Assembly (NCBI GenBank): GCA_965208325.1
Contig: OZ242326.1
Location: forward strand, 3,264,001 to 3,328,000
Length of the DNA: 64,000 nt
From: Candidatus Poribacteria bacterium
GTDB taxonomy: Bacteria > Poribacteria > WGA-4E > PCPOR2b
Direction: 5' to 3'
Below the pieces are notes generated by a model. The model was not told the DNA's origin, made no database searches, and worked only from the letters and a program-made list of their open reading frames with translations. Below are positions 22,378 through 31,021 of this stretch, piece after piece. Made by a program: the position numbers and the translations under genes. Every line of letters begins with the position of its first letter. Position 1 is the first letter of the stretch.

Positions 22378-23200
22378 TAACTGATTGAGAAATCCTTACG
22401 TCGTGGTACGCTGACAAGAAAACAGGCTGATTATACTGTGCTAACACGCGATATTCTTCCTCTTTCCCACACAACCAGTAGAACATCTCGGCGGCGTCAT
22501 TGATTGCGCGGTGGTATTCGCGGTGATAGTTGGGACCTGCGGGCAGACCTTTTGCACGCGAGGGCTGGAAATCCGGCTCGCGAATCCAGTCGCGCTCGGG
22601 CGGCACAGTTCTCGTATAGCCATACTTCGACAGATTTCGGACGGCCTTCACGGTGGATGCGGTGCGGCGGTGCCAAACGGTGTAGGCGGATAAGAAGATA
22701 GAACCTGCCGGGGCAGCGGTGGAAAATGCGCCCTTAATGCTGCCGTAATGCGCCATAGAAGGGATTCCGTCGGCGATGAGAAAATGAGAACCCGGCAGCA
22801 GCTCGGTCGGGCCGAGCTCGGGCGGCGTGTCCTGGGGATAGTAGAATCCCAGCAGACTGTCCAGTTTGGGACCGAACACGGCGCCGCCATCTACATGCCA
22901 GGGACCTGCGGGCATGGGGCAATCAGCGCGGTGTCCTTCGCCCAAGTGAAATGGATACGTGAAATTTTTCCCCAATAGCGATCGTGCCGCCCCCGCCGCC
23001 TGCGGATTTAGGAACACATTCTCGACGACCCCGTCTATGGTCGCGGCGTTACTTCCCCTCGGCTGCGTTGCGAAAAATTTAACCACCTGCCGGTTGATTT
23101 CATCGGGAACGACAGCTTCCAGCATCAGGAAACCCTTTCTACAAAATTCCAGCACCTGCGAGTCCGTCAGAGTTGGTTCGCAGTCGTATGTATTCTCCAT
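22355..23200 (-). CDS. PhyH-family Fe(II)/2-oxoglutarate dioxygenase
   Basis: WHVD, 'YYPQDTP.ELGPT.LLPGSH', WHRR. Confidence 0.85.
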   Translation of the reverse strand: MENTYDCEPTLTDSQVLEFCRKGFLMLEAVVPDEINRQVVKFFATQPRGSNAATIDGVVENVFLNPQAAGAARSLLGKNFTYPFHLGEGHRADCPMPAGPWHVDGGAVFGPKLDSLLGFYYPQDTPPELGPTELLPGSHFLIADGIPSMAHYGSIKGAFSTAAPAGSIFLSAYTVWHRRTASTVKAVRNLSKYGYTRTVPPERDWIREPDFQPSRAKGLPAGPNYHREYHRAINDAAEMFYWLCGKEEEYRVLAQYNQPVFLSAYHDVRISQSVNEQTRRP

Positions 23201-23574
23201 AGTGAGTTTTCTCCAAGCCGCGATAGCTCATCCTATTGGAACGTAACGCGGCGACCGTCGCGTTGAGTAGAGTTGGCGTTAATCGAATATTTAATTCAAT
23301 TAGTTTACTACAAAGGACAATTTGTTGTCGAGAAAAAAACACTGCGGTTTTCAAAAGCAGAGGCACATTAGCACCAATTTCTTTCAGCTGCGGAATTTAC
23401 TATTGTTATATTTTTCGAATCATGTTATATTTAAGGTGTAGAAATATAGTGCGTTGGTGCGATGCATGAACATGTCAGCCAAATCCCGATGGAGGATTAG
23501 GCGCACTAATGATTCCAATAATTTTGCCTGGTGGCGGGAAAGTTGATTCATCGGCATAATCGGGAGGTAAAACA

Positions 23575-24354
23575 ATGTTAAACAGAATGTACGCTATATT
23601 TTTCGCCGTTGCCGTTTTAGCCACGCTGGCATGGTATACGGCGGGCGCCCAAATCGTCGAAGATGGGCTTGTGAGCTACTGGCGTTTAGATGAAGAAAAG
23701 GGCGGCGAAATCCGGGACGAGGTTGGGCCGAACCATGGGACAATCAGAGGCAACCCAAAATTTGTTGAAGGCGTATCCGGAAAAGCCCTGCAGTTTTTTG
23801 GGCGCGATGCCGTGTTTTTTGAAAACGTAGGTTTCCCAAATGGGAATGCGGCTACGACATGGTCCGCTTGGTTTAAACGAGAATCCAGTGCTCCATTGTC
23901 TCAGTATATTGTTACATACGGCCAATGGAGAGGCCCTGGCGGTGAAGGTTTCGGCATTGGGACTGGGCATAATAGGGCTGATCGGCTCTTTATGACGCAA
24001 TGGGGCCCGAATTTTGATACGTTTGGCCCCGATATCACGACGTTCGACGAATGGCACTATGTCACGGCTGTCTATGACGGAAAGTTGCACAATACCCTGT
24101 ATTTGAACGGGGAAGTGGTGGCTGAAAAAGATCTACACCTCAAGCCAAACGTACCCAATAATAATCAGGGGGTCATTGGCGCAAATACGAATTTCGATGA
24201 GTCAATGGAGGGTTTCATTGACGAAGTCGGACTTTATGATCGCGCCTTAACTGCAGACGAAGTATTACAGAACTTCAATTCGGACATAGAGTTCGGGGTG
24301 AATCCCGCCGGGAAGGTATCGACCACATGGGGTAAACTCAAAGCGAGACCGTAA
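23575..24354 (+). CDS. Secreted LamG/concanavalin-like domain protein
   Basis: Signal peptide, 'GLVSYW.LDE', 'WHYVTAVYDG', 'G.IDEV.LY.RALT'; C-terminal 'VNPAGKVSTTWGKLK'. Confidence 0.88.
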   Translation: MLNRMYAIFFAVAVLATLAWYTAGAQIVEDGLVSYWRLDEEKGGEIRDEVGPNHGTIRGNPKFVEGVSGKALQFFGRDAVFFENVGFPNGNAATTWSAWFKRESSAPLSQYIVTYGQWRGPGGEGFGIGTGHNRADRLFMTQWGPNFDTFGPDITTFDEWHYVTAVYDGKLHNTLYLNGEVVAEKDLHLKPNVPNNNQGVIGANTNFDESMEGFIDEVGLYDRALTADEVLQNFNSDIEFGVNPAGKVSTTWGKLKARP

Positions 24355-24598
24355 TCCCCATTTTATTTGAACCGTAGCGGCGGCGACAGCCGTTCATTAA
24401 AACAAGAGCGAATATTCGCTTGGCACGCAATCAATTGTGTGCTAGAATAACCATTCTTCTGATTAACGGAATTTTGCCGGCGGACTTCAATCCATTAGCG
24501 CGGCAAAATTAGACAAACTAGCTAACAATCATTCAGCTTAAATTTTTCGGACTTTTCGAGATGGCGAAGGTCCAAATGGTTTAAGGAGGAACATAAAG

Positions 24599-25357
24599 AT
24601 GTATAAAAGCATAGCGATTCTTTTTGTGGTGGTAGTAGCGGTCGCGTTTGCTATTACCGCAGGCGCACAAGTCGTCACAGACGGACTTGTGAGTTATTGG
24701 TCTTTCGAGGATGGCGACATCTCGGACCAAGTTGGAACTAACGACGGCACGGTCGTGGGTGATCCCGAGACGGTCGCTGGGCACGTCGGTGCGAATGCAA
24801 TGAAATTTGACGGGGATGATGCTATAACTTTCCCCATGGACGGTTTCCCTACCGGAAACGAACCCAGGACCTTTTCGGGTTGGTTTAAGAGAGAAGTCAG
24901 CGACGGCGGTGCGTCTCAGTATATCGCTTCGTACGGCACTTGGGATGGGAAAGGCAACGGCTTTGGCGTAGCGACGCGCGACAACGATAAGATATTTATT
25001 GCCCAATGGGGGCTTGATACGGTAGGCCCTACGGTTTCTCTAGGGGAGTGGCACTACGTGGCGGCTGTCTATGATGGAACTGCGGATATTATATATCTGG
25101 ACGGAGCAGAGGTCACAAACAACGTTCTAGGTGAACCCATAAACACCCAAATGGGTAACGGCGCCATTGGAGCCAATCCTGACCCTAATGAATTCATGGA
25201 GGGTTTAATTGACGATGTCGGTCTTTATAACCGCGCACTCAGCGCTGAAGAAGCCACACAGAATTATGAAGCGCGCGCAGGACTGGAGTCAATGACATCC
25301 GTAGAGACGGCTGGAAAACTCACGTCCACATGGGCGAAAATGAAGAGCGGCAAATAG
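24599..25357 (+). CDS. Secreted LamG/concanavalin-like domain protein (paralog)
   Basis: Same motifs as 23575; C-terminal 'VETAGKLTSTWAKMK'. Confidence 0.88.
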   Translation: MYKSIAILFVVVVAVAFAITAGAQVVTDGLVSYWSFEDGDISDQVGTNDGTVVGDPETVAGHVGANAMKFDGDDAITFPMDGFPTGNEPRTFSGWFKREVSDGGASQYIASYGTWDGKGNGFGVATRDNDKIFIAQWGLDTVGPTVSLGEWHYVAAVYDGTADIIYLDGAEVTNNVLGEPINTQMGNGAIGANPDPNEFMEGLIDDVGLYNRALSAEEATQNYEARAGLESMTSVETAGKLTSTWAKMKSGK

Positions 25358-25366
25358 CCAACTCTC

Positions 25367-25404
25367 AACCTTCGGAAGGTCTTAAACCTTCCGAAGGTTT
25401 TTTT
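25367..25404 (+). terminator. Rho-independent terminator
   Basis: AACCTTCGGAAGGT-CTTAA-ACCTTCCGAAGGTT hairpin followed by a T-run, between convergent genes. Confidence 0.7.
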
Positions 25405-25474
25405 CACCAAATCTTAAAAATCCTTCCCGACGTTTCTTCCCAACGTCTCCGACACGCTTACCAAGCCGGTGCGA

Positions 25475-26314
25475 TTACGCGCCATTAACTTGGTCGACAA
25501 TCTCCCTGATTGGTGCAAGCGCGGCACTCACATCGCTCATGGTCGGAAAACACTCTAGCCCGAGAAAACCTTCGTAACCCGCGCGCTTCGCTGCTGTGAG
25601 AAAGTTCAGATAATTAATTTCGCCGGTGCCGGGTTCGTGGCGACCGGGTACGTCGGCGACATGGATGTGGCGAATCAGGTCGATGTCTTGCGTAAGGCTG
25701 TTTATCAAATTACCTTCGTTGATTTGATGATGATAAGCATCAAACGTCAATGCGACCGCCGGGCTGTCTACTTCTCTGACGATTGATACCCCTTCCCGCC
25801 AAGACGCAAGGTAGTAGTCCGCATGGTCGACCAATGTGTTTAGGCATTCCATTACGAGGGTCATCCCCTCCCCCTCCGCAATTGGCGCCACGGTTTTCAC
25901 TGCGCGGACTATGTTATCACGTTGGCGGCGGCGAAGGTCGCGTTGTTTCTGGTCGCGCTGGTATTCGTACCAAGGCTGTCCGGGCGTCCATTTCACCTCT
26001 TCAACCAGCAGCCCCAACAACGAACACCGCATTTGCCGGGCTAACTGACATGAATGGCGTACGGATTGAATTAAGGCATCGATCTGGTTTCCGTCGAGCA
26101 AACACAGTCGGGGCTGAACACTAATATTTGCGACAACCAAGTTGTTTCGCGTAACTCGTTCAGCGATGGTTGACATGTCTACTTCACCCGATGTCGCTTC
26201 CGGGTCAGGACCAAATTCAAGTGCGGACAGACCTAGCTCGGCCACCGCGTCAATACGGTCAACGAATTCGCGGTCGCGGAACATGAATTCAATATTCGCC
26301 GAAAGTTGCAGCAT
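25475..26314 (-). CDS. Hydroxypyruvate isomerase-like TIM-barrel (AP_endonuc_2) protein
   Basis: 'LSANIEFMF', 'ECLN..VDH', 'DAYHHQINEG', 'HVADVPGRHEPGTGEINY'. Confidence 0.88.
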   Translation of the reverse strand: MLQLSANIEFMFRDREFVDRIDAVAELGLSALEFGPDPEATSGEVDMSTIAERVTRNNLVVANISVQPRLCLLDGNQIDALIQSVRHSCQLARQMRCSLLGLLVEEVKWTPGQPWYEYQRDQKQRDLRRRQRDNIVRAVKTVAPIAEGEGMTLVMECLNTLVDHADYYLASWREGVSIVREVDSPAVALTFDAYHHQINEGNLINSLTQDIDLIRHIHVADVPGRHEPGTGEINYLNFLTAAKRAGYEGFLGLECFPTMSDVSAALAPIREIVDQVNGA

Positions 26315-26594
26315 TTTACCTCCTTTTTGAAGCATACTACGCTTTTAATTTACAGCCTGTTTGAATATTAGGTGACAAAAACCAATTTTGGGCGTTTGAG
26401 TTGCTATACCCGGTGGAACCGTTATCGCGCGGGGCAAGGAAGATCTCTATCGCACTCCCTATTCAGCCGCTTGATCCCCGCCTACGGAGGGTAGTGGCGT
26501 ACTATACGCCTGCCGCCCCTCTGGGGCTGTATGAAATGAATTTTCAAACAGGTTCTTAAGGCGAGCCATGTCCTGTTAGGCGCATGAGTTCAAC

Positions 26595-27509
26595 TTAAAC
26601 GGGCTCCTGCTTCGACCACACGCGCTCATCGGTGATGTCACCGGGAAAGCCTCGAACGACGCCATCAAGCCCTTTGTGCGGGCTGGGCCAGCACTGCCCG
26701 CCCATTACCGCGAACTCGCCGCCTTTCCCGCACAACCAGAAGAAAAGTTCAGCCGCGTCGTTGCAGTCTCTGGTGGGCGGACGCGTGGTGGGGCGATCGA
26801 AGAACTCATAGTCTGCGGTTCGCAAATCGAAATCCGGTTCAATAACCCAATCTCGGACTGGCGGCGTCGTCCGCCAATAGTTGAAGCGGAACAGATGCCG
26901 AAGACCCTTTGCCGTCGATGGAGTGCGGCGGTGCCACAGGTTATATGACATAATCAGGATAGAGCCGGCTGGCGCGTCCGGCGGTGCAAAATACACGGTA
27001 CCCTTGAGATTGCCGTAATGGCCAACGGGCGCGGAGGCTAGGTGATGGGAGCCCGGCAGAATCGCCGTGGGGCCATTCTCCATGGGCACATCCTCCGGGT
27101 GGTAGAAGACTTCGAGGTAGTTCAATTTCTTTTCAAGGACGTAATTACCGTCGCGGTGCCAACCTCCCGGCTTCGGCATGGGTATTTCTGCGCGGTGGTC
27201 GCTGATAATGTTGGGGAGCGTAAAGCCGCTCCCGAGCAGCGATCGTACCGCCCCGGCTGCTTCAGCGTTGAGTAATACATGCTCGACGAACCAATCCTCG
27301 TGCAGCAGAGGGAGGTGAAATTCAATTTCGCCTGATCGCCGCGGCGCCCGGTATTCGGGCCGAGTCTCAGCAATTTCGTTTGTGTATTGTATGACTCGCC
27401 GGTTAATCTCATTCGGCACGATCGCCGGAAATAATATGTAGCCTTTCTTGCAGAAATCGAGAATCTGGGAGTCGGTCAACGTTGCGCGAATATCATCCGT
27501 TGTTCTCAT
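26595..27509 (-). CDS. PhyH-family dioxygenase
   Basis: WHRDG, 'GPTAILPGSH', WHRR. Confidence 0.85.
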   Translation of the reverse strand: MRTTDDIRATLTDSQILDFCKKGYILFPAIVPNEINRRVIQYTNEIAETRPEYRAPRRSGEIEFHLPLLHEDWFVEHVLLNAEAAGAVRSLLGSGFTLPNIISDHRAEIPMPKPGGWHRDGNYVLEKKLNYLEVFYHPEDVPMENGPTAILPGSHHLASAPVGHYGNLKGTVYFAPPDAPAGSILIMSYNLWHRRTPSTAKGLRHLFRFNYWRTTPPVRDWVIEPDFDLRTADYEFFDRPTTRPPTRDCNDAAELFFWLCGKGGEFAVMGGQCWPSPHKGLDGVVRGFPGDITDERVWSKQEPV

Positions 27510-27512
27510 TGC

Positions 27513-27884
27513 TCATCTCCACTTTTCAAGCACAAACTCGCCGCCGACCTCATAGGTCCGCGTTTCATCGATCCACAGGGCGAGTTCGGGAAACTTTATT
27601 ACACGCCAACCGTCTTGGATGGCATCAATCACGTTTTTGTACGGCCAGTCCTCCGGACGCAATGGGCCTTCGCTCATTTCGCCGTTGTCCAGCATCAACA
27701 TGCCGATTACACCTGAATTAATCGTCCACCCTTCCACCCGCAGGAACAACAATTGTTGCCGGGGCGGGTGTTCTTCCATGGCTTGGAGTATTCCATTCAG
27801 GCTAGCCTCCGTAAGAACTCCTTGCGCAAATTCCTCTTTACATCGATTGACTTGCGCTTTGATTTTACTGTATTCCCCCATCAT
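27513..27884 (-). CDS. Conserved hypothetical protein coupled to PhyH
   Basis: Overlaps the AKR stop and abuts the PhyH start; 'PYKNVIDAIQDGWRVIKFP..EFVLEK'. Confidence 0.6.
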   Translation of the reverse strand: MMGEYSKIKAQVNRCKEEFAQGVLTEASLNGILQAMEEHPPRQQLLFLRVEGWTINSGVIGMLMLDNGEMSEGPLRPEDWPYKNVIDAIQDGWRVIKFPELALWIDETRTYEVGGEFVLEKWR

Positions 27885-28872
27885 CCTTCCCTTTGTGAGC
27901 TATCATGAATCCCCTGCTGTTGCTAAGGTAGTTCCTCCCATAATCATCATAGAGTGTTGCGGGCGTATTCTCAAGAATGGTATCGATTCGATCGAGTTCG
28001 TCAGCAGTGAACGCGACACCTGCCGCACCGAGATGTTCCGTGACCTGACCGGGGTGCTTTGCGCCGACGAGTACGCAACTGACCGACGGCAACCGCAGCA
28101 GCCACCCGACAGCCATTTGAATCAGTGAGAGGCCTTTGTCCGCCGCTATCTGTTTAAGTTGAACGGCAACATTGACGTAATGGGCAAACGGTTCCCCGCG
28201 GAAACGTGTAAGGCGCGCACGCTCGTCGTCTTCCGGGAATACATGGCCTACTCGGTAACGCCCGGTAAGCAATCCTTTCGCTAACGGACTGTGAGCCATG
28301 ACGCCGATTCCGTTACGTTCGCAGAAGGGGAGCACCTCCGCTTCTACGCGGCGGTCGAGCATGTTATAGCGCGGCTGGTTCGTATGGAGGGGGGCGGTCT
28401 TCAGGGCTTCCTCCATATGTTCGACCCAGAAGTTTGAAACGCCAATATAGCGTGTCTTGCCCTGCTCTCGAAGCCGTTCAAGGGCTTCCATTGTCTGATC
28501 AATCGGAAAGGACGGGTCAGGGTGGTGAATCTGATAGAGGTCAACATAATCTACATCCAGTTTGCGCAGGCTGTCGTCCATGGCGGCGTTAATTGCCGGC
28601 GGCGAGTAATCATTGTCCTGTTCGCGCCATACCTTGGTGGCGAGGAAACACCGATTGCGGTATCCATCCTTCAGCGCCTTGCCCAGCCGTTCCTCGCTCA
28701 CGCCGTACACTTGCGCCGTATCAATGAGGTTGATGCCGTTATCAATAGCGGCTCGTGTAATTGCGATTACGCTCTGATCGTCAATGGCTCCCATACCGCC
28801 GCCGAAGGGCCAGGTGCCAAGCCCTATAGCGGACACCTTGGTTCCGTCTCTCGTAAGTTGTCTGTATTCCAT
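27865..28872 (-). CDS. Aldo/keto reductase
   Basis: 'IGLGTW', 'DTAQVYG', 'ATK', 'DLYQIHHPD', 'IGVSNF', 'SPLAKGLLTG'. Confidence 0.92.
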   Translation of the reverse strand: MEYRQLTRDGTKVSAIGLGTWPFGGGMGAIDDQSVIAITRAAIDNGINLIDTAQVYGVSEERLGKALKDGYRNRCFLATKVWREQDNDYSPPAINAAMDDSLRKLDVDYVDLYQIHHPDPSFPIDQTMEALERLREQGKTRYIGVSNFWVEHMEEALKTAPLHTNQPRYNMLDRRVEAEVLPFCERNGIGVMAHSPLAKGLLTGRYRVGHVFPEDDERARLTRFRGEPFAHYVNVAVQLKQIAADKGLSLIQMAVGWLLRLPSVSCVLVGAKHPGQVTEHLGAAGVAFTADELDRIDTILENTPATLYDDYGRNYLSNSRGFMIAHKGKDDGGIQ

Positions 28873-28969
28873 AAAACAGGTCCGTAATAGTTCCCATTAA
28901 GATGATAATCAACGGGAAAACTCTGAGTTTGCCGCAGTGTGCGCCCTTACCGCGAATTTGAACGACACA

Positions 28970-29713
28970 TCAGGATGCCCGAAACTCCAGAAATCCGCCT
29001 GTGGCTTTGTAGCCTGAAGGTTCTAACACGATAATGGTGGAGCGCCCTACAGCGGATTTCGCCATCGGAAGGGTGACGGTATGGTGCCGCGCGATATAAA
29101 CGGTAGCGCGTGGGTGTCGATTGATGAAAATGTCGACCGGCTTCATCCGACCTGCATCGGGACCTCCGAGCGGCGGCAAGGCATAGTGCATCGGCACAAT
29201 CCATGTCGGCTTTAGGAACTCAATCATGTCGTCGAGGTCGTCCAGCTTAACTGTGTTCCTCTCACCGACAATTGGGATCAGCACATCACACTTGTTCTCC
29301 CACGGCGCCAGCTCATCGTTACTCAGTCCATAACCGAGATCTCCCAGATGTGCGAACCATAATCCGCCGGCTTTGAAGGCGTACATGGCGTTATCCATCG
29401 GGTCATGCAGGTCATGGTCGGCAGCCTCGGCTGTGGCGATCGCTACTAACTGTTCGCCATTGATTGTGGCTGAAGCCGTTCCCAAAGCCACGTCGAGAGC
29501 GTTGATGACGCGGGGATTTCCTCGCACGAGCGAAACGTTGTTGTGGGATTCGTCCGTGAGTGAACTTACAATGACGGTGTCGGCGTCGAGGCGCGAGCCG
29601 TCATCTTCCAATTGCGTATCGTGATGGGAGTATGGATCGGTTACGATAGTTGGCTTACCGTTCTCCCACAGGCGGAAACACGCGTGACCAACAAATTCGA
29701 GTTGTACAGACAA
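28970..29713 (-). CDS. MBL-fold metallo-hydrolase (Lactamase_B_3-like), atypical metal motif
   Basis: 'VGHACF', 'TDPY', 'HLGDLG', 'IVPMHY'. Confidence 0.75.
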   Translation of the reverse strand: MSVQLEFVGHACFRLWENGKPTIVTDPYSHHDTQLEDDGSRLDADTVIVSSLTDESHNNVSLVRGNPRVINALDVALGTASATINGEQLVAIATAEAADHDLHDPMDNAMYAFKAGGLWFAHLGDLGYGLSNDELAPWENKCDVLIPIVGERNTVKLDDLDDMIEFLKPTWIVPMHYALPPLGGPDAGRMKPVDIFINRHPRATVYIARHHTVTLPMAKSAVGRSTIIVLEPSGYKATGGFLEFRAS

Positions 29714-29936
29714 GGTTAATCCTCCTCAACTACGTTCTAGATTTCGCTAATTTCGGGTGTTCTCATGCACCTTTCAGGACACATTCATGCAGAGTTGACG
29801 GCATCACGTCCCGACGCGCCGCAATGCTTGCTTTCTCCAAAGTCAGATTAACAGCCGGTTTGCCGTATACAGATTCGCGTTTTGGATTGTTTCAGATGTC
29901 ATTCTTGCGAACTATTCCGACCGTCCAACACTGCTT

Positions 29937-30752
29937 TCACGCCATATAAACGGGCAGGCTGCTATCGTTGCCGCGAAAGGCGGCATGATTGCCGCTCAAC
30001 CATAAGAAAATCTCGGCGGCGTCATTGAAGGCTCTGTGCCCTTCGCGTGCGTAGTAGAAGTGGCCTTGCCGCATGTTATATATCTGTTCAACGTTGAAAT
30101 CCGGCTCGATAACCCAATCACGTTCCGGCGGTGCGGTTCGGACATAGTGGTATTTCATCAGATTACGGGTGCCCGCCGCCGTAGCCACTCCCTTTCGGTG
30201 CCAAATATTGTAGAAACATACGATGATGGAACCGGCTGGTGCTGTTGTTGGCATAGCACCGCGAATTCCGGTATAATGGCCCATATAATCCCCCGCATAG
30301 AGGAAGTGTGAACCGGGCAATAAATCGGTTGGCCCCATTTCCAAGGGGGTATCCTGCGGATAATAGAACACCTTGAGTGAATCAATCTTGGGACCGTAAA
30401 GCGAGCCGGCATCTCGGTGCCATCCGCCAACCCCGCTTGGGCACACCGCACGATGGTTCGCCATGAAAGTCGGCAGTTGAAAATTTTTGCCCAATAACGA
30501 TCGGACGACACCAATTGCTTCCGAATTGAGGATGACATTGTCAGCGAACCAATCGAGTTCAAAGATTTCGTCAGGCAGCCGAACGCGGTCCTGTTCAAAG
30601 GGGCCGCCTTCAGCATAGAGGTCGCAGTAATCGCACGTTTTTTTGTTAACCTCATCCGGAACGACAGCTTCCAACATCAGAATCCCTTTTCTGCAGAACT
30701 CCAAGACTTGAGTGTCCGTCATTGTGGGTTCGCAGTCGTATGTACGTTTCAT
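29937..30752 (-). CDS. PhyH-family dioxygenase
   Basis: WHRD, 'YYPQDTPLEMGPTDLLPGSH', WHR; close paralog of 22355. Confidence 0.85.
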   Translation of the reverse strand: MKRTYDCEPTMTDTQVLEFCRKGILMLEAVVPDEVNKKTCDYCDLYAEGGPFEQDRVRLPDEIFELDWFADNVILNSEAIGVVRSLLGKNFQLPTFMANHRAVCPSGVGGWHRDAGSLYGPKIDSLKVFYYPQDTPLEMGPTDLLPGSHFLYAGDYMGHYTGIRGAMPTTAPAGSIIVCFYNIWHRKGVATAAGTRNLMKYHYVRTAPPERDWVIEPDFNVEQIYNMRQGHFYYAREGHRAFNDAAEIFLWLSGNHAAFRGNDSSLPVYMA

Positions 30753-31021
30753 GGTAAATGTCCCTCATTTTTTTCTAATATCATTCAATTTAATAGAATT
30801 ATATGCCTGAAAACGCCAATGATTGTTCATACATTAGATTTAGATGTAAATCCTAAATGGAGGCGCCAGAATGTATTATGCACATTTTGTATTCTATCAC
30901 AACGGGGATCAGCCCGCAAGCGCAAAAAACATACGTATCGAGCCAACCGAGTGCCTAGCCAAAAACAGCGATTCGGCGCACCGCCACCTGTGCAACAAGT
31001 TCCTATTGTTCAACTAAACCG

